A DNA stretch of 61,317 nucleotides, filler included, from Sphacelaria rigidula (taxonomy: Eukaryota), in the NCBI GenBank assembly GCA_964200075.2. It is 6 parts of 6 records of this genome, joined end to end, with 100 filler letters (N's around TTAATTAATTAA, not from the genome) between each part and the next. Parts side by side here need not be neighbours in the genome. Positions count along the whole stretch, not along the records: positions 10,238 to 20,374 come from CAXNAA020007056.1; positions 20,475 to 30,610 come from CAXNAA020007057.1; 4 more parts are not named here. One strand, written 5' to 3'. Position numbers and translations under genes: made by a program. The notes under the pieces are model-generated. The model had not been told where the DNA came from. It made no database searches and saw only the letters and a list, made by a program, of their open reading frames with translations. Position 1 is the stretch's first letter. Each line of letters begins with the position of its first letter. This document shows, one piece after another, positions 11,761 to 22,775 of the stretch.

Positions 11761-12149
11761 TCTGGGGGTACCCCCTCACAGCGGGTGCACCTGCACCCCC
11801 CGCCCCCCGCCCCCTTTGCAGACATTGCCCACAGAGGCTATTTTTTCAAATCTAGGGGAGTGGGTACTGGGTATTGACCTCCAGTTGATGCCTCTTCTGG
11901 GGGCTTGTCCTTACACGCATGGAAATAGTACAAAACGAGATTTGCATCGCACCCGGTGATCACTACGATGCAGCCCTCTTCAGAAAATGCCATATGAAGT
12001 TCACGAAAGTTGTCTTGAAGAAAAAACTGTCGCACTTGCTGAAGGTTATTTCGGGAGTGCTCTCACGGTTAGGCAGGACAGAGCGTTACACCTGCTATTA
12101 CTATTCATGTCAAAGAGGGGAGAGAGGAGGCATATCTAACTCGACACTT

Positions 12150-12530
12150 AGCGGAGACAAGGCTTTTCAGGTGCAGTTCTCACATGACCATATTTGAACC
12201 GAGTGGCAAACGTGATAATCTCACGTGATCATCTTTGTACTGGGCTCAAAACTCACGTGGTAATATCTGAATCGGGCAATGGTCTCACATTACCATCTTC
12301 GAACCGGTTTAGGAACTCGGGCACGAGGGAAACAGCCGACCACGCGTAGGTGAAAATCTGACGTGATCGTGTTTATCTTTGAACTGGGCACGACAAAACG
12401 GGGAAAGTGAAGATCTCACGTGCTTGTCTCTGAACCGAGCACTGGCGTCACATCACCCTCTACGAACCGGTTCAGGAACGTGGACACGAGAAAAACAGCC
12501 GACCACGCGTAATATGGGACAGCTGGTTTT
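12150..12530 (+). repeat. Diverged tandem repeats of ctcacgtgatcatct..gaaccg, with a longer duplicated unit
   Basis: Multiple tctcac(g/a)tg..atct..gaac units; gaaccggtt(t/c)aggaac..aaacagccgaccacgcgta occurs at both ~12300 and ~12463. Confidence 0.7.
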
Positions 12531-13187
12531 TTTCTTCATTTGTGTGGTAACAGCACATGCAGTACAGAAGCTCTTGACAATGTGCATGGAATGATTTGAA
12601 CATGTGTCATGTGCAAATCACGACGAGAAATCCTGTGAAGAGGCAGAGTCACGCGTGCAGTGTTCGTGCTTTGTGTTTATACGCAGCATATTTTGATTTT
12701 TTTTTAATATCAAGCCAATCCTGTATGATACACGGCTACGTAGGTAAGCTGTTGCCTTCCCATCATTATTATAATGGCAGACTCGGCTTTTGGCGCTGAA
12801 CGTCTACAATAAAGTACTTGAGTATTCTACATGTACATCTATTGGAAGGCTACTCTTTTCGGATGGCCCCTCCTTGTCAGACTTGTATGTCAGCTATTTG
12901 GAGGATCACGATATTGTGTCTGGGGTACTATAGCGGGGTAGCGCGGGTGGGTGAGCGTGGCCGTGCAGGTGTAACTGAAACTTGTTGGCCCGAGAGCTGG
13001 TTAGATATAAAGCACATTGAGTGTGGTTTGCGGTGTGCATGCCATTTGAATGGGAAGCCTTGCAAAAACCGGTTGAAAGAAACTGATGTATTTGGCGCTC
13101 AGCCGGAATCGGTGATCGTGTGTGGTCTCGCAATCATGACCCGATAGTAATTTTTATAAAAAGTGTAGGGCTACAAATATGCAAATA

Positions 13188-14225
13188 CTTCCTTTGTGCC
13201 GTAAGTCTGGCCGGTTGTGTCTGACGAGCCCTTTCCCGTGTTCGATCTGATTTTCGATGTTTTTTTTCGATTTTTCGGCTGTTTCTTGGTGAGCATATGT
13301 GTAATATACATATACGCAGCTCGCTGTTGAACTATACAGCCCAACGGCCGCAAAACAATCAGTCGGCCCCCAAATGGCCGTATTCCGCCCCTTTCTCAGG
13401 GGCAACAAAAACGCCTGAAAAAAAATAAGTGGTCTGTCGAGGAAATTCCCGGTCGTCCCGTCCACCTGATCGCAGATGAAGTCGATTTGGCGAAGCTCCT
13501 GAGCAGGGGAAAGGGAAGGTTTGATGCGGCGAGCCACCTTTGCCGCCCCTTTTTTTTTGAATCACCGCCGCACGGTCTCCGTACCGCAATCCAGCCTGAT
13601 GTCTTTCAGCTTATCGGACACCTGTCAGAGCGTAGCTGACCGATTCTGCTTGTTGACGTGCTTCAGCGCCGCAACCTTCGTTGGCGTGAGGAGCGACGGG
13701 CGTCCAGTCCTTGTGCTGTTCTAAAGGCCCACCTCCTTGGTAGCGTCAATCTGGGCTTGAGCGATTTTCCAAATTCCGTCGGGTACTCGGGACCAAACCG
13801 TGGCGTTCGCAAATTGGCCCCAGCGAGCCTTGGGCACCCTCACTTTGCCCGGTGGAATAGCGAGCGTAACCTCTATCGCAATCGCATAGCGGTGACCCGA
13901 CTGTAGCTCGCCACCCGTTCGGCGGGGGGGGGGGGGGGGTACTTGGGGGCAAGTCCATCGTATTTCGATATCTGTGAGCTAGGTGTGGGATTTTTGACAC
14001 GAATTGTAAAAACAAAACTAGGAGAAAATCTTACTAGAATTATAAAAAAATGCCAAAATGGGGTCTATTCTGGCCTGATTGTAGTATTGAAAACGAGTTT
14101 ATTTTCTCCCCAGCCTCGTTTGCTCTTCATCTTTCTACAGAATCCAGCTATAAGGTCATCGTCAATACCGTTGCACCCAAACAAAAAAACGCCCATAGCC
14201 GACCAGACTTGAAGGACAGAGGAAG
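13188..14225 (-). mobile_element. Internally deleted Tc1/mariner transposon (Stowaway-like TIRs, TA TSD) with transposase N-terminus pseudogene
   Basis: TA|CTTCCTTTGTGCCGTAAGTCTGGCCGG at 13186 is the inverse of CCGACCAGACTTGAAGGACAGAGGAAG|TA ending 14227. Minus-strand 13720-13435 reads RTGRPSLLTPTKVAALKHVNKQNRSATL*QVSDKLKDIRLDCGTETVRR*FKKKGAAKVARRIKPSLSPAQELRQIDFICDQVDGTTGNFLD. The catalytic domain is missing. Confidence 0.85.
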
Positions 14226-14569
14226 TATTTTTTGGTGGGTGCTACTCGCGGTACAAGATGATACTTCTCGGAAACGTTGCGGCCCGGATATATTGTTTCA
14301 TTGTAGTACGTGTGAGCGTTTTGGCGAGAGCTGCTGTTACATCGATAACATACCGACTCAGAAAGTACGCTAACCCTACCCCCCCCCTCCCCCCGCCCCG
14401 CCTCGCTGGAAGTGGTGATAGCAGAAAATGAGGCAACTCGCTGTAGGCTGTCATCCAAATGCAAAATATCAGTAGGCTTCGGCCCGAATAATCTTCGCAG
14501 GATGCAGCCCACCCTTCATGCGACTCGCCGAACACACCACGGCGCTTGGCGCTTGGCGCTTGGTGATTG

Positions 14570-14725
14570 GATGCGAGCCCGGTCCGGCGAAAACCCGGCG
14601 TCCTCCGTCCCGGCCCTTGGAGGGATGCGATCTCAATGGTCTTATGACTACGGCATGCAAGATCATGAGTACCCCCCCCCACCCCCCCCCTGCCTTGCCC
14701 AGCCCAACCCAGCCCAACCCAACCC
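14570..14725 (+). mobile_element. Longest copy of the GATCATGAGTAC short-retroposon-like family, with C-rich/(CCCA[AG])n tail
   Basis: About 100 bp match to 38587-38683; the 3' motif is shared with 9327, 38520 and 46660. Confidence 0.7.
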
Positions 14726-15052
14726 TCGACTCCGGACACTGCGAGGAGTGAAGTCTCTCACAATTTTCGTCCAAGTCGGATGCTAAGATGCCATGTGTGA
14801 AACAAGAATGCGTAAAATGCCGGCGCGCTTCTACACAAAAATTCACAACAGTGTCGGGTTGAATGATGGATCCGTTTTTTCTTCCTCCTAAAGCCGTTCC
14901 CCCGTCTCGAGGTCCACACAGGACGGAACGTGACGGATCGTTCAATATGAAGTGACAGACCATTGTCGATTGGGCCGTAGATGTTTTGGCATTATAGTTG
15001 TTGGCTGATCAAGCTGTTTCTTGCGACTCGATGTGTTGCAAATAATCCGCAG

Positions 15053-17037
15053 GATTCTGGGTTGGGGTACACCTTCATCCGAGTGGGCGAGGTTGTTGAT
15101 GGCAAGGAGGGGGGCGCAGCCATGGCAGCCAATCTGACGGACACGATGCCCATGGAGCAGGTCGTGCGCGACGACATCGTCCGTCTTAGTGCAGAATCGT
15201 TCATGATTGAGAACGCTACCAATAAGGTGAAAATAAATGGACCGCATCACGAATAGCCCGTGCTAGTGGATGTTCCGTTGATCTGAAGTGGCACACATCT
15301 GGCCTTTCTGTCCCTCGTTCAGTGCTTCAGATATAAAGTCTTTCTCATCAGTGCGCCTCTCGTCTCGTGCTTGAGCATATCACAAGTTGGGTCAGACGCT
15401 CGCGGGGAATCGATTGGGTCTGTGCGCTGCCGTCGAAGCACACCGTACTTGGGGTACTCCGCCGTGAAATACAGCAATAGCCAATCAAGACATGTCATCC
15501 AACGTTTAACGCGGATCGAGTGAATCCTCCATGCTTTGCCATGTCTTGTGTATTGTCTGGCACACTTTGAGCCTCAATGTGTTGCGCTCACTCGTGGATT
15601 TGTCCCGTGTTATTGTTGATCGATACCGGCAGGCGTTTTCGTTCGGCAAGGGTGACGAAAATGCACTCCTGTACCTCAGGGAGTTGCGCCAAAACGGGAC
15701 CGACCGTCGAGGGGAATTAGCCAGCCTCATCTCAGGCGAAGATCTTGAGTGGAGAGCTATTAAAGCAGCCGAAGATTATGAGGTACGACAAAGTATGGAG
15801 ACGCTTTGCTTTTTTATCGTGTAATGTGTTTGTTGTTCCGTTGAATATTCATGTGAGGTAATGAGGCTGACCAACCACCCATTACATAGGTTGCCGCACT
15901 GCTGAAGTACCACACGGCGTTGTCTCAGCTCCGAGCCGCGGTGCGTAGCTCACCTCCCTTGCGACCACACCTGTGCAGAGAAACAAGCCACCACCCACGG
16001 AGGAGGAGCTGGCAGAGCAACGGAGAATTGAAGAAGAGGCGAACAAGAAAGAGGAAGAGGAACGTAAAAAAGCTCAAGCCGAGAAGCTCAGATTGGATTT
16101 CATCAAGGACCTGGAGGTAGGTGCATGCGTGTTGGTTCAATAGGGCCATGACATGTGTTGTTATCATCTCCATGCGAGTATTGTCCCGTGTGGTGGGGCT
16201 TCATCTATGTACGATCATCAGTGTGCGCATGCTGCGAGCAATACGTGTTTTGTGTTCGTTTCGTGTCTCTCGTGTCACAGACAGAAGCGAAGGCAATATT
16301 GGTCAAGGAGTGGAGCTCCTACTACGTTCGCTGTTCTGTTGCCGGGGATTTCGAAGAGTACAAGGAATTAAACTGGCTGCGAGTGATGAAGGAGGCGTTG
16401 CCCACTGTCAGGGAGAGCAGATTTTGGTTTGGGCGTGTGCCCCCGGTGACTTTTGTCAATGAAGACGGTATAGAGTATAACATGGATCCGGAGACGGATA
16501 AAGCCTTTGACGACGACGACGACGATGATGATGACGATGATGATGACGATGATGACGACGATGATGACGAAGCGGACAACGGGGAGAACGACGGGGAGGA
16601 CGCAGAGGTTGTCGAGGCTGAGGTGGTGGCCAGCAAAAAAGACTCGTCGGGAAAATCTAAGAAGAAAGCCAAGGCTGACGCCGACGTTTCGCAGGTACGA
16701 GTGACGGCAGCAGATGAGTTGCGCATGAAATTTTGTCGATCGCCTTCTGTCCCTTGGGTCAATTCACTGAGCAATCATGTGGAGTACCCTAGGCACTGTC
16801 AAACACAACGTTGAATTCGAGATTTCCCGCATGCCACACTGAATCACTTCACCTGGCTGTTGTCCTCTTGTGCTGCAACTTTGTGTGACACCATCCTGAC
16901 GGACGCAAGAGGTATGCTACACTTGAAAATCCCGTGAGTACGCGCTGAATCCCTTTGCCTTTTGTTCTTTTGCCGCACAGGACATAGTGGGTGAAAACAA
17001 GGACGAGCCAGAAGCAGACGGAGCGGAGTCGCCGTAA
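15053..17037 (+). CDS. 3' five exons (15053-15226, 15633-15782, 15979-16116, 16281-16694, 16981-17037) of an NAD(P)-binding Rossmann-fold (NmrA/Tic62-like atypical SDR) protein with coiled-coil and poly-Asp tail
   Basis: All exons are bounded by CAG/GT, all phase 0, and open to TAA at 17035-17037. The first reads DSGLGYTFIRVGEVVDG..VVRDDIVRLSAESFMIENATNK|AFSFG, resembling the SGLxYTIIRPG..VxRxDVA..AxNKxF C-terminus of that fold. The 5' exons were not found. Confidence 0.85.
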
Positions 17038-18971
17038 TCGGAGCTGGGTGACACAATCGAGTAGATCGCGTATTGAGCTCCGATTTTGGCTGCCAAGTTA
17101 TAATAGACAACTGTGGAGTCAGGGCCAATTCATTTAGATGTTCCTCCGGGGGTGTTGACTACGGTTAGCGAACAGGCCTGGGGAGTTACTGTGGTCTGCG
17201 GGAGATGTGACTGTGTTCACCCGAAATCCCCATGGCGCGCTCATCACATTGCGTATTCCTTGTGTCGTTGAAGATTCAATTAGGGTTTGCAATTCGCAGC
17301 GTGTCCTTACGCTTTGAGCGAGCGTGCAGGTGTTATTTCCATCACATTTGCGCATGTTATGTGTGTATAACACATCAGGGCTCAGTGTTGATGCAGTTCA
17401 ACACTGAGGACTTTTTCATGTCATGGGCGGTACATTTGGCGGTGGCTAGTCACTGTGGGGCACGTATTTTGTTATTACCACGTACCCACGAGTCACAAAA
17501 CACCTGGGCGTAGACGCGATAGACTTGGAGTCCCTGCATCCCGTGGGTAAGAACAAGCTTGATTTGTTGATAAATCCATACCATGCAATTCAAACCCAGT
17601 CCTCAGCCCATCTCCCCCACATGCTGATCAACCCGCGCTCATTACTATCGAGACAGACTTGGTCATCAGTCCTCGACTCTGGTGTGCTGTAGAGACGTTA
17701 TAGTTGCTTTGCACCTCACAAGGCGGCGGCCACGGCAAAACAAACAGCAGATCCCATCATATGAGGTCATGAGTCCATTGCTCAGTGTGGGTATGGTCTC
17801 GTTTGTACGAAGGAGCGATGCAGCTTTTATATTCTCGTCATCTGGTGTCATGTGTCTCAACGAAAAAAATCATTACGGCTCACAGGAAACGGCGGGTGTG
17901 CATTTTGGCCATCAGTTAATTGTTGTTACACGCCGCAGCACAGCGCGATGATACAGATGGGTGAACAACAAAATTAAGTTATTTGCTCAGGGCGTCAACG
18001 CTTTCCCTTCACGGGTCACGTGCCTCCGTTCCGTGTGTTGAATTGGCATCAAGTGATGAAAAATCAGACAAAAATGCAAGCTCGAGGGGTTGAACGTTAC
18101 GCGAGTGCAACGTGAACATGCAGTCCCTTCATCTCTCATACCTCAGGGCATATAATCAATTTATTAAAACCTGGACATGATGTACGTGTGTATCGTCTCG
18201 AAACTAACTGTGTGCAGCATGGACGGGTCAACCCTGACGGACGAGTAGATATCACTCTAGTGCGATTCGATTCTTCAATGTACGAATATCGCGCATACCG
18301 TGGTGACTGATGTATGCGAGCTGGTTCACGCATACTACCCAAAAGTGTGTCATCAAGAAGATGCCGTCCGCAATACCTACCCAAAAATATTTGTGTACAT
18401 GGTACCATGTTGACTGCCGCGGACAACTAAAGAGAGAGACATGACCGGATTTTTTCGAAGACCGCAGCGGTGGCGCCGAAAGCGAAAAAGTAACTCCACC
18501 AGTCCACGATCTTGAAGTCGTTTTGAAAATATAAGTAGGGATTCCCAACCTAGCTTCCGCCCAATCTCCACACCCTTTAATCAATCCTAGTAACCGCAGT
18601 CAGCTGGTGAATCTAACGGGAAAGGGAACATTGAAAACGGTAACTGTGGAATCGACTTATACCCCGAACCATAATATTTCGGTGATGAAGTGTCCGGGCG
18701 TCGGCGGGTTTCATCTGACTACACTAGCCCTGGGGTGGACTAGAGGATGTCAGGGTGGCCTTTTTGGCTCTAGGATGAAACATGAACATTTGACATTTGC
18801 CGTTTTTTCCTGGGAAGTATCAACGGTGTAACTTTTGGATTCACCGGTTGATGTTGGGGAATTCGAGCGTATTGCAAAGTATGTGGGGAGTATATACCAA
18901 CTATTTGGGGTCTTGGAGCAAAAAAGCATCTTGGATATTCACGACAAAAAAATGCACGTTCTCCACTCAAA

Positions 18972-19374
18972 CAGTGGATTCTCGAAAATGGGGTTGAAAA
19001 AACGAGGTTCAAATCAAAAGCCGTGCTTTCCCTGACCTAAATTCATGACAAATGACTTTCATATTGACCACCCCATCCCTCCCGACCGTCCGAGAACTAT
19101 TTCGGGGGATTTATAGCCTTTCATTCCCCCAAACGGTATACGCGAAAGCACATTTTTGCCTCGATTTCGGGGTGAAAAAAGGACGTTTTTTGTCCCCAAA
19201 ATCGTCCTTTCGCACAACATACCCTTTGGGGGAACGGACGAAGGCGAGAAATCCCTCGAAATTGTTTTAGGGTGATCCATATGAAAGTCATTTGTCATGA
19301 ATTTAGGTCAGGGAAAGCACCGCTTTTGAGTTGAACCTCATTTTTTTCTCATCCCCATTTTCGAGAATCCACTG
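18972..19374. mobile_element. Palindromic MITE, ~400 bp, CAGTGG termini, ~100-bp TIRs
   Basis: cagtggattctcgaaaatgggg..gtgctttccctgacctaaattcatgacaaatgactttcata is mirrored at 19270-19374; the inner ccccaaa..ggtat arms are also inverted. Confidence 0.9.
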
Positions 19375-19625
19375 TTACTCTTCGTCGGCTTCCCGTGGTC
19401 CAGGCGTCAAGACCCCCGGAAGCCGTCCTCAAAACGTTTTCTTTTCGTGACTTTGCGCTGAATGAGAGCTATGAATTTCATCATTCGCTTTAACTGGCCA
19501 ACTTTTCATTCCGTCTGTGCTCTTCTTTGCCTGCATCACTGACGTGTGCTTTCAGCTACAAGTAGATATCCTACTCGGGGGTATCAAAGGCTTCAGTGCC
19601 AAACTACTACTACAAAAAACATATC

Positions 19626-19730
19626 GGGCCTAGTGGGGTGCATTTCGGAACTGAAACGAATCATTAACTACTTGACCGCTTCTCACTCTCAACCGTATCC
19701 TCGACTCTCAATCTCACGAAAAAATTGTTG
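19626..19730 (-). repeat. Dispersed repeat; inverted homolog at about 39040-39146
   Basis: catttcggaactgaaacga..tgaccgctt..cactc..tatcctc..ctctcaatctcacgaaaa is the inverse of 39048-39130. Confidence 0.85.
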
Positions 19731-20539
19731 AAAATAGAATTGTACGCGTCTCTCGGTGTAGTTCGAGAAACGTTTGCAAACTTTTCGTTGCGAAATCCGC
19801 GTAATAATAATGCAGTTTCTCTCGTTTTAAAGTTCAAATACGTTTCCACATTGATATGAAAATGTGATTCCTGGACAGATACTCGCGGGAATTTTTCCCT
19901 AGCTCCCATGTGGTTCCCGCATCAACCCCCCCCCCCTCTCTATGAGCATCTTCGTACCTTTTTTTTACCTGGAAGGGGCTTGCAGGAGAAACCCTCTCCG
20001 CTGGCTAGCGGTCAGGATGTACACACTTCATATATCTTCAACGTGTATATTGGGTCCCCACGCCAACAATCCCCAGAGAAGCTTTGTCCGTGAAGCTATG
20101 AACTCTGCTTCGAACTCATCATCTACCAGCTGTCTTATCCCCCACCATTTTCACGACCTCTCTGTCCCCATTTAACTTCTTTCGATTCCGGACCTACCTG
20201 GACTTCGTGTTCATGAAGCATACAAGTTAGCTCATCATTCATGGTGTCGCCACGATAGTGGTACAGGGCCGTCATGCTCACAAGAAATATCCTTGTAAGA
20301 AACTGAGCTTCAGATTTTCGATGAACAATTGAAAGGGTTCTGAAAACACGAGGGAAGGTGGCCGCTTCGGGTCCNNNNNNNNNNNNNNNNNNNNNNNNNN
20401 NNNNNNNNNNNNNNNNNNTTAATTAATTAANNNNNNNNNNNNNNNNNNNNNNNNNNNNNNNNNNNNNNNNNNNNCACACTTATGAGCCTCTTTTTTCGTG
20501 CAACCAAATACCCCCCCCCCTATCGTAGGATGACTCTGA

Positions 20540-21320
20540 ATACCTCAGTAGTGCTGGTGCTGGCACTACTGACGACCGTCCGTTCGTACGGTGCTACGCT
20601 TGCCCTTCGTGAGAATAACGGAAGCACAAAGCAGACGAGAGGACCTTTGTTTCAAGGAGTTTCGACAGGATACGCCACGTAAGGTTTCGGGGTAGCAGAA
20701 CTAAACCAGATGTTTTTGTTCTTCACATTCAACTTGATTGATCCTGTTCACAGGTTGATCATTTCCTTCCCTACTAGCACAACAGGTTGATCATTTCTTC
20801 CCGAGCTCGCCTTCACTCCCTATTTTCGCGCGTTTGCTTGTAGACTGCCCCGATCTAGCACCCTCGGATGAAACGTTTGTGCTCTTGCCCTTTTTTTGAA
20901 GGCACTTGCTGCAGATGCGGTTCATTTCGTTGTCGCCAAACATGCTGCCGCAAAAACCATGGAGCCTCCCGCCACATGTCCCTTAGCAACCGTGGCCATG
21001 ACGGCCTTCTGGCGTCGTGGCGTGCACCAGGCACAGTTCACCTTCCGCACAAGGCATATTGTGTCCCTACGTTGCAAGTTCTGCACCAGCACGTACCCTG
21101 CTGTATCCCTACTGGTGCTTGGTTGGTGGGGGGTAAGGCGTGCGTGAGTGTGTCCGGAATCGGCACTGTTGAGGGTACAAAACCGTTCAAACCGGCACTA
21201 CTGAGGTTCATCTGTCAGTAGTGCCGGGCGGCACTACTTCGAGCTGTGGCTGTGCCCGGAGATTTTACCGGCATTATATAGGTCGTTGGCACTATTCAAC
21301 CAGCACTAGTAAGAGCCCCC
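20540..21320 (-). mobile_element. Relic DNA transposon (hAT-like) with a BED-finger-like fragment and ggcactact subterminal repeats
   Basis: Minus strand ~21050-20940 reads RKVNCAWCTPRRQKAVMATVAKGHVAGGSMVFAAAC. At least seven ggcact(a/g)-type repeats in both orientations lie at 21160-21310, with more at 20546-20571. Confidence 0.5.
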
Positions 21321-21985
21321 CACTGTATTTTACTCATACCTGAAAACTGATTGTTGCCCCTACATGGAAAAAACAAAAAACTTTTGGTGCCGACGTAATT
21401 TTTTTTTATGCGCTATGCATTGTTCATACCAAATTCTAGGGTCCAACTCCAAATATATGAAAGAGCATGGGCCTGTCAAAACCCGGGTCGGTAGCAATTC
21501 GGAACAGTAATTCGCAGGCCACTCACCGGCCCATGTTTGGCTTTCATGTATTGAAATTTGTGTGGGCGCTTTCTAAGGCATACTTGACAAAAAAAAGGAT
21601 CAGGTTGATTTTTTCATTTTTCACTGGTTTCGGGCGTTCTACTATGGTGAGGACCATTTCTTCACGAGAACGCCCTAACCTCTATGGAAAAATGAAAACA
21701 ATAAAGGCCCATTTTTTTTTTTATTCGGCACTTTTCTGTGGTTCTCCACACCAAAAATCGTCGCCGTCCGCTAGATGCATCGATCGGGGGTTTCATAGAG
21801 ATTTTAGTATTGGCGCTATCTCCCTTAGGTATAGTAATTACTAGACATGGGGTTTGACCAACGAGAAAATATGGACCCAAACTTCTGAGCAGATGGGCAC
21901 CTTCCCCTTGATTGGACGATTGATACGATATGCGGATCACGGCCCCACTCGTCTTTGTCGATGAGATATTGCTTTTAGGGCTTAA

Positions 21986-22083
21986 CCGTTAGACCGCGAG
22001 ATTAGTCTTGCTGGATCATGCATACGTTGTTTCACTTGAAATTGATGCTGATTCAACAGAAGACTAACCTAGCGGTCTAAGGG
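21986..22083. mobile_element. 98-bp piggyBac-type MITE with TTAA target duplication
   Basis: TTAA|CCGTTAGACCGCGAGATTAGTCTT ... AAGACTAACCTAGCGGTCTAAGGG|TTAA. Confidence 0.85.
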
Positions 22084-22775
22084 TTAAATCCGTTTTTACG
22101 CTGGCCCAGCTCGTACTGTACTCGAATGGCATTCTCTTGTAAACGTTATGAGCATCTGGTTGGAAGTTGGCAAGACTGTTTTACATTTATACGCACACAA
22201 AACAGACTGCCTCTTTTGGACAGAACGCTCTGCGATTTGTGATGCATACCTCTTCAATTGAAGTCTCTGATCGGTGGCTGAGTTGCGGCCGTTGCAGCTG
22301 TCGAAGGTGCTGTCCTCATGGATTTTTATCTTTTTTATCTTCTGTGCTATACTGTCCGTTGTACTGTCTGTCTTACAAAGTAGAGTAAAGATCTAGTGCA
22401 AACATACCGCAGAAAAGTACAGACCCTTCGGGCTGGGAATAATCTCTGCTGCAGGGAGTGCAACAGACAGTTTAAGGAAATTTCGCCAGAGCGGTAACAG
22501 CACAGACGGCACGGGAAAAGTAGCGCAACATGTCGCACCATCAATCAAATCATAGCACCAGACAGCACGGCGCACGAAACGTAGACGGTTCACTTTTCGA
22601 AGACGAATCGCGGGTCTCGATTTCAGGCGTCGAGTTGAGGTGTAGTCAAGGTGTAGTGGATGTTTTGTTAGGTATGTACTGAGATACTATTGCCTTTATC
22701 CATACACTGGATCGAAATCGGTTACCTCGCTGTGCAAGGTGTCTGCTGCTACAGTAATCCGTTTCTGCTTGTAGC

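Noticed and set aside
14570..14630. Hammerhead or HDV-like ribozyme
   Set aside because: CUGANGA core is absent, there is an extra A after GAAA, and the HDV P1 pairing is mismatched in both copies.
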